The notes under the pieces are model-generated. The model was not told the DNA's origin, made no database searches, and saw only the letters and a program-made list of their open reading frames with translations. This document shows, piece by piece, positions 30,825-39,858 of a stretch of DNA of 64,000 bases (the first letter of the stretch is position 1; each line of letters begins with the position of its first letter). Origin of the DNA: an uncultured bacterium (lineage in GTDB: Bacteria > Chloroflexota > UBA5177 > JANWHV01); assembly GCA_963827235.1 (NCBI GenBank), contig CAWHAE010000012.1, positions 352,001 to 416,000 of the forward strand, given 5' to 3'. The translations under genes and the position numbers were made by a program.

Positions 30825-31721
30825 ATGAAGTCACAGGACGCTGCAAGCGATCTACCGGAACACGCGCGCGAACGTCTGCAGAGCATGCAGCCGAACAGCA
30901 CTGGCAAGCGTTTCTTCACCAGCGACCTGACGGTGAGCGAGTTTCTGCTGGTGAAGGAGGCGGGCTTCGAGCCTTTGGGACTCGTGGTCGGCACCAGTAT
31001 CTATCACATTGGCATGCAGATCGCCCGGCTGCAGGTCAACATGGAGATGGACGTGCTGACGCAAGCCATGTATCACGCTCGCGAGCTGGCAATGCAACGC
31101 ATGGAGGAAGAGGCGGACGTGCTGGGGGCGGACGGGATCGTCGGCGTGCGCTTGCTGGTAGGCCAGTATAGCTGGGCGGCGAACCTTGCCGAGTTCAAAG
31201 CGATCGGTACCGCGATCAAGTCGACCGATGGGGTCAGTCGTCGCACGCCGGCGGGCAAGCCCTTCACGTCCGATCTCTCGGGCCAGGACTTCTGGACCCT
31301 TCTACGCTCGGGATATGCGCCTCTTGCTCTGGTATTCGGCACCTGCGTGTACCACGTCGCGCATCAGAGCTTCCGGCAGTGGTTCCGAACCATGGGACGG
31401 AACGCCGAGATGCCCAACTTCACGCAAGCCCTGTACGATGCTCGCGAGCTGGCCATGGAGCGCATGCAGCGCGAGGCGATGCAAATCGGCGGCCAGGGCA
31501 TTGTGGGAGCCAACATTCACGAGAGCACTCACTCCTGGAACAGTCACGTCATCGAGTTTCTCGCCGTGGGCACCGCTATCGTCGCCACGTCGGAGGAGCA
31601 TCGGATTCAGACGCCGCAGATGACCATGTCTTTGAATGCCGATCATCATCCGCCGTCGGTCGTGCACAGCGCGCCCGTGCGCCCGGCCGGCGGGTCGTCG
31701 GACGGCGGCGCGGGCGTGTAG
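30825..31721 (+). CDS. Tandem YbjQ-like (DUF74, putative heavy-metal-binding) domain protein
   Basis: Two internal repeats, FTSDL...PLGLVVG...TQAMYHARELAMQRM...GADGIVG and FTSDL...PLALVFG...TQALYDARELAMERM...GGQGIVG. Confidence 0.85.
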   Translation: MKSQDAASDLPEHARERLQSMQPNSTGKRFFTSDLTVSEFLLVKEAGFEPLGLVVGTSIYHIGMQIARLQVNMEMDVLTQAMYHARELAMQRMEEEADVLGADGIVGVRLLVGQYSWAANLAEFKAIGTAIKSTDGVSRRTPAGKPFTSDLSGQDFWTLLRSGYAPLALVFGTCVYHVAHQSFRQWFRTMGRNAEMPNFTQALYDARELAMERMQREAMQIGGQGIVGANIHESTHSWNSHVIEFLAVGTAIVATSEEHRIQTPQMTMSLNADHHPPSVVHSAPVRPAGGSSDGGAGV

Positions 31722-31935
31722 TAGCCGTCGCCGGCTCCCGTCTCGGGGCTCCCGCGGTCCGGTTCGCGCACGCTTGCCTGCCGGGCCTGCTGTGGCGTAT
31801 GGTTCCCTCACCGACATTGGGGCGACGGGTCGCCTCGGCGCGACCGCCTGCGCCACCGGTGCACGTATCACCGCAACTGGGGCCGGCGGTACCGGTGTTG
31901 GGCGGCGACCATGGTCGCGGAAAGTGAGCACGGCG

Positions 31936-33576
31936 ATGGGGAGTCGATCGCGTGTGGCGCGGATTGCGCTCTTCCTGGCACTCGTCGCGGGCAGCTTGCC
32001 GGCATCCTTCATTTCCGCGCTCGCTACCTCGCACGTGGCGGCGCAGGCGGCGCCCGGCCGGGCGCCGATCCTGCTCTGGAAATACGGTGGCTGCTACCGG
32101 AGCTGGTGCGAGACGGGCTGGTATTCGTCGCCCGCCGTGGCCGACCTGAACAGGGACGGCAACATGGAGGTGGTCGCTGCCGCGTACTCGGTGTGGTCGC
32201 TCGACGGCAAAACCGGACGGACCATCTGGCGCGTGGCCTCGGGGCACGATATCCACAGCCCGGACGCCGCGTCCGCCGGGCGGGTCTGGCCCGACGTCGT
32301 GGTCGCGGACGTGAATGGCAGCGGCTATCCGGAGATCGTGACCGCGGATTCGGGCGGCGACATCGCGGTCTACGACCGGCGTGGGAGCTTCGTGCCCGGC
32401 TGGCCAAGGCAACCGGTGACGGACGAGCTGCGTGCACTGGCCGTGGCGGACCTCGACGGCACCGGCAAGATGAGCATAGCCGTGGGCGTGGCGCGCCCCA
32501 GCCAGAAGAACATCTGGGTCTACAACGCGAACGGCACGGTGCGGGCAGGCTGGCCGCAGGCAGGCGGATCCGGCGAAGCAGCCGGCGTGTACAACGACAA
32601 CATCGCGATCGGCCGCTTGGGCTCCATGACGCGCGCTTCGATCGTCGTGCCATCCGACGTGATCACGGTCGCCGCCTACGATCCCAGCGGCAAGGCGCTG
32701 CGTGCAAACGCCAGGTACGGCAGGATGGCGGCGTGGAGCCAGGTGCCGGCCTATGTGGATCCGGCCTACGAGCTGCAGGGTTACGGCCCGTGCTACACCC
32801 AGTTCACTCCGCGGGCCAACTTTGCCGACTCGCCGGCGGTGATCGCCGATTTGAACGGCGACGGAGAAAATGAAGTTGTCGTCGTGGGCAACGTGCACGA
32901 CTGCCACACAAGCCCCTACACCGACCTCTACGACACGCCATTCGTGTTCAATTCCGACCGCTCGCGCTGGCATGCTGGCGCATTCGATTGGTCGACGCCG
33001 CCGCGGAACACCGGTGCCCCGCTCTCCGAGGACTACGACAAGATCGAGACTGCGGAGCCGAACCCGGTGACGGTGAGCCTGGACGGCAAGCCGCAGCTCG
33101 AAACATTGTTCGCTTCCTACGATGGCAAGCTTCACGCCTTCTGGCCGGACAAGACGGAGCACGGCCACTGGCCGTTCGATGTCTCGCACACCTCCGACGG
33201 CTACATCACGTTCGCCTCCGAGCCGGTGGTCGCGGATCTCTACGGTACCGGCACACCGGATGTGCTGTTCGCCACCTGGACGCAGAAAGGGAGTAACCGG
33301 ACGGGTAGGCTCTTCATACTCGATAATATGGGGAACGTGCTCCAGTCGACGCCGCTTCCCCGCGCGTTGGGCGATGTGGACTGGAATGGATCTCTGGCGG
33401 CGCCGGCTCTTGCGCGGCTGGGCCGCGACTCCAACCTGGACATCGTCCTCAATACCGCCGGCTCGGGCGTGGTGGCGTACGAGCTGCCGGGAACTGCCGG
33501 AGCGAGGATCCTGTGGGGGACAGGGCGCGGGAATTACCAGCGCACAGGATCGGCTCCCATCGCGCCGGAGCGCTGA
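31936..33576 (+). CDS. Secreted FG-GAP/VCBS repeat (beta-propeller) protein
   Basis: Signal-like N-terminus and repeated SSPAVADLNRDG, VADVNGSG, VADLDGTG, SPAVIADLNGDG and PGWP motifs. Confidence 0.85.
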   Translation: MGSRSRVARIALFLALVAGSLPASFISALATSHVAAQAAPGRAPILLWKYGGCYRSWCETGWYSSPAVADLNRDGNMEVVAAAYSVWSLDGKTGRTIWRVASGHDIHSPDAASAGRVWPDVVVADVNGSGYPEIVTADSGGDIAVYDRRGSFVPGWPRQPVTDELRALAVADLDGTGKMSIAVGVARPSQKNIWVYNANGTVRAGWPQAGGSGEAAGVYNDNIAIGRLGSMTRASIVVPSDVITVAAYDPSGKALRANARYGRMAAWSQVPAYVDPAYELQGYGPCYTQFTPRANFADSPAVIADLNGDGENEVVVVGNVHDCHTSPYTDLYDTPFVFNSDRSRWHAGAFDWSTPPRNTGAPLSEDYDKIETAEPNPVTVSLDGKPQLETLFASYDGKLHAFWPDKTEHGHWPFDVSHTSDGYITFASEPVVADLYGTGTPDVLFATWTQKGSNRTGRLFILDNMGNVLQSTPLPRALGDVDWNGSLAAPALARLGRDSNLDIVLNTAGSGVVAYELPGTAGARILWGTGRGNYQRTGSAPIAPER

Positions 33577-33697
33577 GCTTCCCGGCAGGCGCGGAGCAGG
33601 TGTCGGTACCAACCTAAGCGGCGCGCCGCATGCGGCAGGGGTCACAATCGCGGGCCGAGGCAAGAAGATAGCCACGAGGCTCAAGATCGTTCGGGCC

Positions 33698-33726
33698 TTG
33701 ACTGGCGCAACACTGCTGGCTATGCT
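33698..33726 (+). promoter_or_regulatory. Sigma70-type promoter for the rodZ-like/yajQ/pgsA genes
   Basis: TTGACT-N17-TATGCT. Confidence 0.65.
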
Positions 33727-33765
33727 GATCTCCGCCATGGAACAGCGACGAAGGAGTTCGAAGGA

Positions 33766-34128
33766 TTGCCCACGCTCGGTGAGACGCTTCGGGAAGCGCG
33801 CAACGCCAAGAAAGCGAGACTGACTCAGGTCGAGTCCGAAACGCGCATCGATCGTGCACGTCTCGAGGCTCTGGAAGCCGATCGGCTCGACGATCTGCCG
33901 GATGACGTCTACACAAGAGGCGCAATCCGCAATTACGCACTCTATCTGGGTATCGATCCTAATCAGGCCTTGGCCCTGTACCGCGAGGCGCGACCCGCCG
34001 CCGTCGCGACCCGCCCGCTGTCACAGGTCAGCACGCGGACGACCTTTACCCCGTTGACCTATACGGCCGCGGCGTTTCTGGCGCTGATCATTGTGACAGT
34101 GGCGCTGTTCGCCCTGCACGTTCTCTAG
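33766..34128 (+). CDS. RodZ-like HTH_25 protein with a C-terminal TM helix (short form)
   Basis: LGETLREAR...LEALE...LPDDVYTRGAIRNYALYLGID, then a hydrophobic C-terminus. TTG start after AAGGA. Confidence 0.85.
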   Translation: MPTLGETLREARNAKKARLTQVESETRIDRARLEALEADRLDDLPDDVYTRGAIRNYALYLGIDPNQALALYREARPAAVATRPLSQVSTRTTFTPLTYTAAAFLALIIVTVALFALHVL

Positions 34129-34206
34129 GCCCGACCGGTACCATAGGCCGGGCGACAGATCCGGCCGCTAGGGTTTACCCTGAGTGATGCGGGAAAGGAA
34201 TGCGCA

Positions 34207-34698
34207 ATGGCATCAGAGTCTTCTTTCGATGTAGTGTCGGAGTTCGATCATCAGGAGCTGCTGAACGCCGTAGATCAAACACTTCGTGAAGTGCGAACGC
34301 GTTACGATCTCAAGGACAGCGGCGCTACGATCGAGCACGACAAGACGGAGCTGAAGATCACGGCGCCGTCGACAATGGCGCTCAATGCCGTGAAGGACAT
34401 TCTTCAGTCAAAGATGGTGAGTCGGAAGCTCTCACTGAAGATCCTGAAGTTCGCAGATCCGGAGGAAGCCACCGGCGGCACCGTGCGCCAGCGAGCCACG
34501 ATACAGCAGGGTCTCAACCAGGATCTGGCGAGACAGATCGCGAAGCTCCTCCGGGATAACTTCCCCAAGGTCAAGACGCAGATTCAGGGAGACGCGGTCC
34601 GCGTGATCAGCAAGAGCAAGGACGAGCTTCAGGGTGTTCAGAGTCTGTTGCGCGACAAAGACTACCCAGTCCCCATTCAGTTCGTGAACTACCGGTAA
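34207..34698 (+). CDS. yajQ: YajQ-family nucleotide/c-di-GMP-binding protein
   Basis: SFDVVSE, NAVDQ, RYDLK, QIQGDAVRV and QFVNYR C-terminus. Confidence 0.95.
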   Translation: MASESSFDVVSEFDHQELLNAVDQTLREVRTRYDLKDSGATIEHDKTELKITAPSTMALNAVKDILQSKMVSRKLSLKILKFADPEEATGGTVRQRATIQQGLNQDLARQIAKLLRDNFPKVKTQIQGDAVRVISKSKDELQGVQSLLRDKDYPVPIQFVNYR

Positions 34699-34705
34699 GC
34701 GAGCG

Positions 34706-35299
34706 GTGAGCGCTTCAGCGGATCCTCCGCGCTCGCCGGCGTCCGCTGCCAACAGCGCGGGCCGTACCCGGCGCTCCGTGCCGAACGGCCTCAGCCTCTT
34801 CAGGCTCCTCAGCTCGCCTGCGCTTGCGGTGCTGCTGCTGATCGACGCGGAGGGCCTGCGCGCCATCACCATGCCGCTCTTTGCGCTTGCTGCCGTTACC
34901 GACTATTTCGACGGTTACCTGGCGCGGCGATGGATGGTCGTCAGCACACTGGGCGTATTCATCGACCTCGCCGCGGATAAGGTCCTCGTCTCCACGGTGC
35001 TCATCGTCCTGGTCGGTACCGGAGCCGTACCCTCGTGGATGGCCGCGCTGATTGTGGCCAGGGAGTTCATCGTCTCGGGAATACGGAGCCAGGCGGCCGC
35101 CTCGGGAAGGGTCATATCGGCGAGCCAGCTAGGCAAGTGGAAGACCACGGTTACTCTGGTAGCGCTCTTCTTCGCCCTGGCGTTTCCGGTCTCTCCCCCG
35201 GTGCCCGTAGTCGTGGGGCTATGGCTGGCCACGGTCATGACCGTGGCGTCGGCAGCGGACTACATCGTGCGGTTCTGGCGGGTCAGCATCCGCCCGTAG
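34706..35299 (+). CDS. pgsA: CDP-alcohol phosphatidyltransferase (PgsA-like)
   Basis: PNGLSLFR, TDYFDGYLAR..LG..DLAADK, REFIVSGIR and GKWKT. Confidence 0.88.
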   Translation: MSASADPPRSPASAANSAGRTRRSVPNGLSLFRLLSSPALAVLLLIDAEGLRAITMPLFALAAVTDYFDGYLARRWMVVSTLGVFIDLAADKVLVSTVLIVLVGTGAVPSWMAALIVAREFIVSGIRSQAAASGRVISASQLGKWKTTVTLVALFFALAFPVSPPVPVVVGLWLATVMTVASAADYIVRFWRVSIRP

Positions 35300-35423
35300 T
35301 GCTTGCCCGGCGCCCAGCCGGCGCAATACAGAAAGACGGCCGAGCATGCCGCCCGTTCTTTGCCCTTGGCCGGCGATCAAATTACTATACAAGGAAACGC
35401 CTGTCGCGTGGAGGGATACGTCC

Positions 35424-35987
35424 GTGCAGACTGATGAACATGCGTTTTATCGTGCTATCTACCGCGTTGCCTGCCTCGTCAATTCCTCCTTGGATCTTCG
35501 CGATACGCTGAGCGCGGTGGTTCAGAGCGTTGCCGAGGCAATGCGAGCCAAAGCAAGCTCCATTCGCTTGCTCGACGACAGCGGGAACCAGCTCGAGCTC
35601 GTAAGCTCGTTCGGTCTGAGCGAGAGGTACTTGAACAAGGGGTCCGTCGAGGTGGCGGCAAGCAAGATCGACCGCGAAGCGCTGCTGGGTGCGACTGTCG
35701 CGGTCGGCAACGTGGCCACCGACACGCGCCTGCAGTATCCTGACGAGCTGGCACGAGAGGGCATCACCTCCGTTTTGTGCGCGCCCCTGGTACGCCACGG
35801 ACATCCTATCGGCGTGATGCGCGTCTACACAGGTGAAGAACACGTCTTTGGCAAGTACGAGGTGGAGTTTCTGCAGGCGCTGGCCGACATCTGCGCCCTG
35901 GCGATCGAGAACGCGCGCATGTTCGATGCGCTGAACCGGACCTACCACGATACCGTGGAGTCGTTCTGGGGATCGTCCGGCCGGTGA
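35424..35987 (+). CDS. Stand-alone GAF domain protein
   Basis: NSSLDL, SVLCAPL...IGVMRVY and FLQALADICALAIENARMF. GTG after GGAGG. Confidence 0.85.
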   Translation: MQTDEHAFYRAIYRVACLVNSSLDLRDTLSAVVQSVAEAMRAKASSIRLLDDSGNQLELVSSFGLSERYLNKGSVEVAASKIDREALLGATVAVGNVATDTRLQYPDELAREGITSVLCAPLVRHGHPIGVMRVYTGEEHVFGKYEVEFLQALADICALAIENARMFDALNRTYHDTVESFWGSSGR

Positions 35988-36222
35988 GTCTTCGCCTCCT
36001 GTCCAGTACGAGCGCGCAGATTCCCCTGGCCGCATTCTCATTCGTCGCCGCGGTCGGCGCTTTTGATCGGCACTCGTCGCCGTGCCGGACCACGTCGATC
36101 CACCCATCGGCCTAGCCATCGCCGTCTTGCTGCTGCTCAACGGAGGCGCGCGCCTGCTCCTCTGGCTCAACCGAACGCGACTGCCTCAAGACGGTCGTCA
36201 GCATGAGACGCGCGGCGGCTAG
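35984..36222 (+). pseudogene. Small two-TM membrane protein (about 79 aa) hidden by an apparent 1-bp deletion at about 36065
   Basis: GTGA overlap with the GAF stop. MSLRLLSSTSAQIPLAAFSFVAAVGAF continues in another frame as SALVAVPDHVDPPIGLAIAVLLLLNGGARLLLWLNR...TRGG* (TAG 36220-36222). Confidence 0.5.
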
Positions 36223-36378
36223 GGTCCGGTCTCGGCGCCCAACCGTCGGCGAAATGGGACCCGCAACGCTGAACGATTCTCGGCAAGGACGCACGCCGGC
36301 ACAGCATGGTCCCTGAGCGTCAACAAGGCGACATGCCGGTGTACCATAGGGGGCGAACAACTTCGGAGTGGGTCCACG

Positions 36379-36906
36379 GTGCGGCAACGCAAGCGAAGCG
36401 TAAGCGAGAGGTATTCTTTGGTTCCGTTCACGCAGAGAGACAGTCGCGAGCTGGCAAAGCGGGGCATCACGGGTAGCCGCAATATCCTTGTCGCCCTTTC
36501 CGGGAACGTCATCGACGGCGACCTTGTGCGGATGGCATGCTTCATGGCAAAGCACAGCCGGAGCCGCGTGTTCGTGGTACACGTCATGGAGGTGCCCAGG
36601 AACCTTCCCCTGGACGCGCATCTGCAGGACGCGGAAGTCGACGCGATCCTCGACCGCGCAATTGAGGCCGCGGAGGAAGCCAATTACCAGGTGGAAGCCG
36701 AGGTCGTGCAGGCGAGGGATGCCGGGCCGGGCATCGTGGACGAAGCTCGCGACCGCGATTGCTCGCTGATCATCATGGGCCTCGTTCCCCGCTATCGATT
36801 CAGCAGGTTCGACATGGGTAGGACCGTGCCGTACGTGCTCGAGCACGCTACCAGCCGCGTGTTCATCGTCCGCGAGAGCGCTCAGCCTACCGGGAGCGCG
36901 ACCTAG
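36379..36906 (+). CDS. Universal stress protein (UspA domain)
   Basis: NILVALSG, VVHVMEVP, AGPGIVDEA..LIIMG and GRTVPYVLEHA..V. Start uncertain. Confidence 0.85.
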   Translation: MRQRKRSVSERYSLVPFTQRDSRELAKRGITGSRNILVALSGNVIDGDLVRMACFMAKHSRSRVFVVHVMEVPRNLPLDAHLQDAEVDAILDRAIEAAEEANYQVEAEVVQARDAGPGIVDEARDRDCSLIIMGLVPRYRFSRFDMGRTVPYVLEHATSRVFIVRESAQPTGSAT

Positions 36907-36990
36907 CCGGGCCACCGCCGGCGCTTACCGACTCGCTACCGTGGTACATGCCGACGCTCCTGGCGCTTACCGTGCCCTACGCTTTGCCGA

Positions 36991-37033
36991 CACGACGATG
37001 GGAGGCGCAAACTGTGTGCCTCCCATCGTCGTG
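36991..37033. terminator. Hairpin between convergent usp and ferredoxin genes
   Basis: 16-bp perfect stem cacgacgatgggaggc ... gcctcccatcgtcgtg. Confidence 0.8.
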
Positions 37034-37094
37034 GTTTCGGACATTCGAGTTGCGGCTGCCAGGGTCAGCCGCGCCGGCCTGCGCCGCTGCAGCG

Positions 37095-37334
37095 TCAATT
37101 GTTCCGGAAGAAGTCCGCGTTGATCTGGATGTACTTTGCCTGATCGGACGGGACGTCATCCAGGGTAAAGATCGAGCCGGTTGGGCACTCGGGTTCGCAC
37201 GCACCGCAGTCGATGCATTCGTCGGGGTTGATGAAGTACTGGTCGGACTCGTCGGTCGTCGAAATGCAATCTACCGGGCAAACAGCTACGCACGAGGCGT
37301 CTTTCGTGCACCCGTCAGTAATCACAAACGTCAT
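37095..37334 (-). CDS. Dicluster (7Fe-type) ferredoxin, copy 2
   Basis: MTFVITDGC..CVAVCPVDCI...CIDCGACEPECP. GGAGA RBS. Confidence 0.92.
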   Translation of the reverse strand: MTFVITDGCTKDASCVAVCPVDCISTTDESDQYFINPDECIDCGACEPECPTGSIFTLDDVPSDQAKYIQINADFFRNN

Positions 37335-37600
37335 TGAAGGCTTCTCCAAACGTGTTGATTCACCTGTGCCGCTCCGGCTGCTGGCCGGGCGCGGTCACGA
37401 CCGAATCTAGTCTATCGCGCACCCGTCTGTCCAACAAGCAGCCAAATGGGGGCCGGCTTACGAGAGGCAAGCCTGGCCGGAAGCGCGACAGCCACGCCGA
37501 ATGCGGTCCCTCACGGCCGCTCAACAGCCCGATGGTGCCCACGGTATCGGCGCGGGTAAACCGGCGGAAGGCGGGAAGGCGCGCGGAGGCGAAGAGCCGG

Positions 37601-37852
37601 TCAGCCGTTGCGATTCTTGAAGTAGTCGGCGTTGATCTGGATGAACTTCGTCTGATCGGCCGGCACCTCGTCTTCGGCGAAGATCGCGTTCACGGGGCAC
37701 TCCGGCTCGCAAGCCCCACAGTCGATGCACTCATCCGGATGAATGTAGTACATGTCGGCATCATCGGTCGTGTAGATGCAATCCACTGGGCACACGGCAA
37801 CGCACGCTGCGTCTTTGACGTTGATGCAGGGCTCAGTAATCACGTACGTCAC
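37601..37852 (-). CDS. Dicluster (7Fe-type) ferredoxin, copy 1
   Basis: VTYVITEPC..KDAACVAVCPVDCI...CIDCGACEPECPVNAI. GTG start after GGAGA. Confidence 0.92.
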   Translation of the reverse strand: MTYVITEPCINVKDAACVAVCPVDCIYTTDDADMYYIHPDECIDCGACEPECPVNAIFAEDEVPADQTKFIQINADYFKNRNG

Positions 37853-38082
37853 TGGCACTATCTCCAAACCGGTTGGCGGCGATACGCACGTGGCCAAGCC
37901 ACCATATCCGCCCGCACAGACTCTCGCTAGGTCTAGTCTAGCGCCTGCGGAAATGCCCAACAAGCTGGAGTCCGGGCACCAATAGAACCTCGTCTTGTCC
38001 CATCGCTCGTGATCGCCATACACTCTCCTACACACGGAGCCTACGCCGGAACCCCCCATTAACAGCCGAAAGGTCTTCTCAA

Positions 38083-39342
38083 TTGGGATCTACCATTGCG
38101 CAGAAAATTCTGGCCCGCGCTTCGGGACGCGACCACGTTGAGCCCGGCGAGATCGTGTGGGCGGCCGTGGATCTCGCCCTGATGAGCGATACGAGCGGTC
38201 CGCGCCGTATTGCGCCGGGTCTGGAACGCCTGGGCGGCAAGGTATGGGATCCTGAGAAAGTCTGCGTGATCAGCGACCACTTCGTGCCTGCCACGGACGA
38301 CGTCGAGGCGAACATCCAGAAGGTGACGCGCGAGTGGGTCGAGGCTAAAGGGGTGCGCAAGTTCCACTTCTTCGAAGGCATCATGCATATTGTCAGCATC
38401 GAGCGTGGCTACGTGTGGCCGGGCATGTTGATGGTGGGTGCGGACTCCCACAGCGTCACGGCGGGCGGCATGGGATGCATGGCCGTGCCGGTCGGCTCGA
38501 CCGAGATCCTGGGGGTGGTGGCCACCGGAGAGATCTGGCTGCGCGTTCCCGAGACGGTCGAGGTGCGGTGGAACGGCAGCCTGGCGCCCGGCGTCATGGC
38601 CAAGGATATGATGCTCTCGACGCTCCGGCGACTGCGCTGCGATGGCGCGACGTATAAGTCGCTCGAGTTCACAGGCACCGGAGTGCGCGGCCTGCCGCTC
38701 GACGAGCGTCTGGTGCTCAGCAACATGACCATCGAGCTCGGCGGTAAGGCAGGCATCGTAGCCGCGGACGATGTCGTCTGCGACTACCTCGAGCAGAGAG
38801 GGGTGCGCAACCCGGCTCCGGTGCTGCCGGACGACGATGCCGTCTACGCCGATCTGATCGAAGACGACGCGGCCCGGCTGGTTCCACAGGTCGCGCTCCC
38901 CCATTCGCCCGACAACGGCGTGGATGTCGGCGAGGCCGCCGGCACGCCGATCGACCAGGCGTACATTGGAGCGTGCACGGGTGCGAAGTACCACGACCTG
39001 GTGATGGTGGCGGACGTTCTGCGCGGCAGAAGGGTGCACGAGGGCATGCTGTTGCAGATCGCGCCCGCCTCGAGGGAGATTCTGGGACGTGCGGAACGCG
39101 ACGGCATAGCCGATGTCTTGCGGGCGGCTGGCGCGCAATTCCTGCCCACGTCCTGCGGCGCCTGTCTCGGCGTGGGCGTGCATGCCCTGAAGGGAACTGT
39201 GCGCTGCATCTCGTCGACGAATCGCAATTTCCGCGGGCGCATGGGCAGCGCCGAGGCCGAAGTATACCTGGCCTCTCCCGCAACGGTTGCCGCCTCGGCG
39301 GTGGAAGGCCGGATCGCGGATCCTCGCAAGTACGTCGCATAA
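38083..39342 (+). CDS. Aconitase-family hydratase large subunit (LeuC/HacA/DmdA-like)
   Basis: SDH, GADSHS, IGACTG, TSCGACLG, STNRNFRGRMG and LASPATVAAS. Confidence 0.9.
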   Translation: MGSTIAQKILARASGRDHVEPGEIVWAAVDLALMSDTSGPRRIAPGLERLGGKVWDPEKVCVISDHFVPATDDVEANIQKVTREWVEAKGVRKFHFFEGIMHIVSIERGYVWPGMLMVGADSHSVTAGGMGCMAVPVGSTEILGVVATGEIWLRVPETVEVRWNGSLAPGVMAKDMMLSTLRRLRCDGATYKSLEFTGTGVRGLPLDERLVLSNMTIELGGKAGIVAADDVVCDYLEQRGVRNPAPVLPDDDAVYADLIEDDAARLVPQVALPHSPDNGVDVGEAAGTPIDQAYIGACTGAKYHDLVMVADVLRGRRVHEGMLLQIAPASREILGRAERDGIADVLRAAGAQFLPTSCGACLGVGVHALKGTVRCISSTNRNFRGRMGSAEAEVYLASPATVAASAVEGRIADPRKYVA

Positions 39343-39858
39343 ATGGAGAATCCCATGATCCTGGAAGGCACCGCATGGTGCTTCGGTGACGACGTCAACA
39401 CGGACGTCATACTGCCCGGAAAGTACCTGAAGTTCACCTCGGAAGAGGGCGCCGCGCACGTCATGGAAGGCATCGATCCTTCTTTTGCCTCGAAGGTGCA
39501 GCCGGGTGACCTCATCGTCGGCGGGGCGAATTTCGGCTGCGGATCGAGCCGCGAGTCTGCACCGGGCGCCATCAAGTGCGCGGGCGTGTCGGCAGTGGTG
39601 GCCCTGTCCTTCGCACGCATCTTCTATCGCAATGCGATCAACCTTGGCCTCCCGGTCATCGTGAGCGACGCTGCTCGCCACGTGCAGCCGGGGCAGCGCC
39701 TGCGAATCAACGTGGAGGCCGGCCGCATCGAGATCGTGGACAGCGGCGAGTCGTTCGCTGCCGATGCCTTTACCGGACACATCCTGGACCTGATCCGGGC
39801 AGGCGGTCTGGTCCCTTATCTTGAGCAGAAGCTTCGCGGCAGCGAGCGTGCGTCATGA
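39343..39858 (+). CDS. Aconitase-family hydratase small subunit (LeuD/HacB-like)
   Basis: GDDVNTDVILPG, NFGCGSSRE, SFARIFYRNAINLGLP and AGGL. Confidence 0.9.
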   Translation: MENPMILEGTAWCFGDDVNTDVILPGKYLKFTSEEGAAHVMEGIDPSFASKVQPGDLIVGGANFGCGSSRESAPGAIKCAGVSAVVALSFARIFYRNAINLGLPVIVSDAARHVQPGQRLRINVEAGRIEIVDSGESFAADAFTGHILDLIRAGGLVPYLEQKLRGSERAS

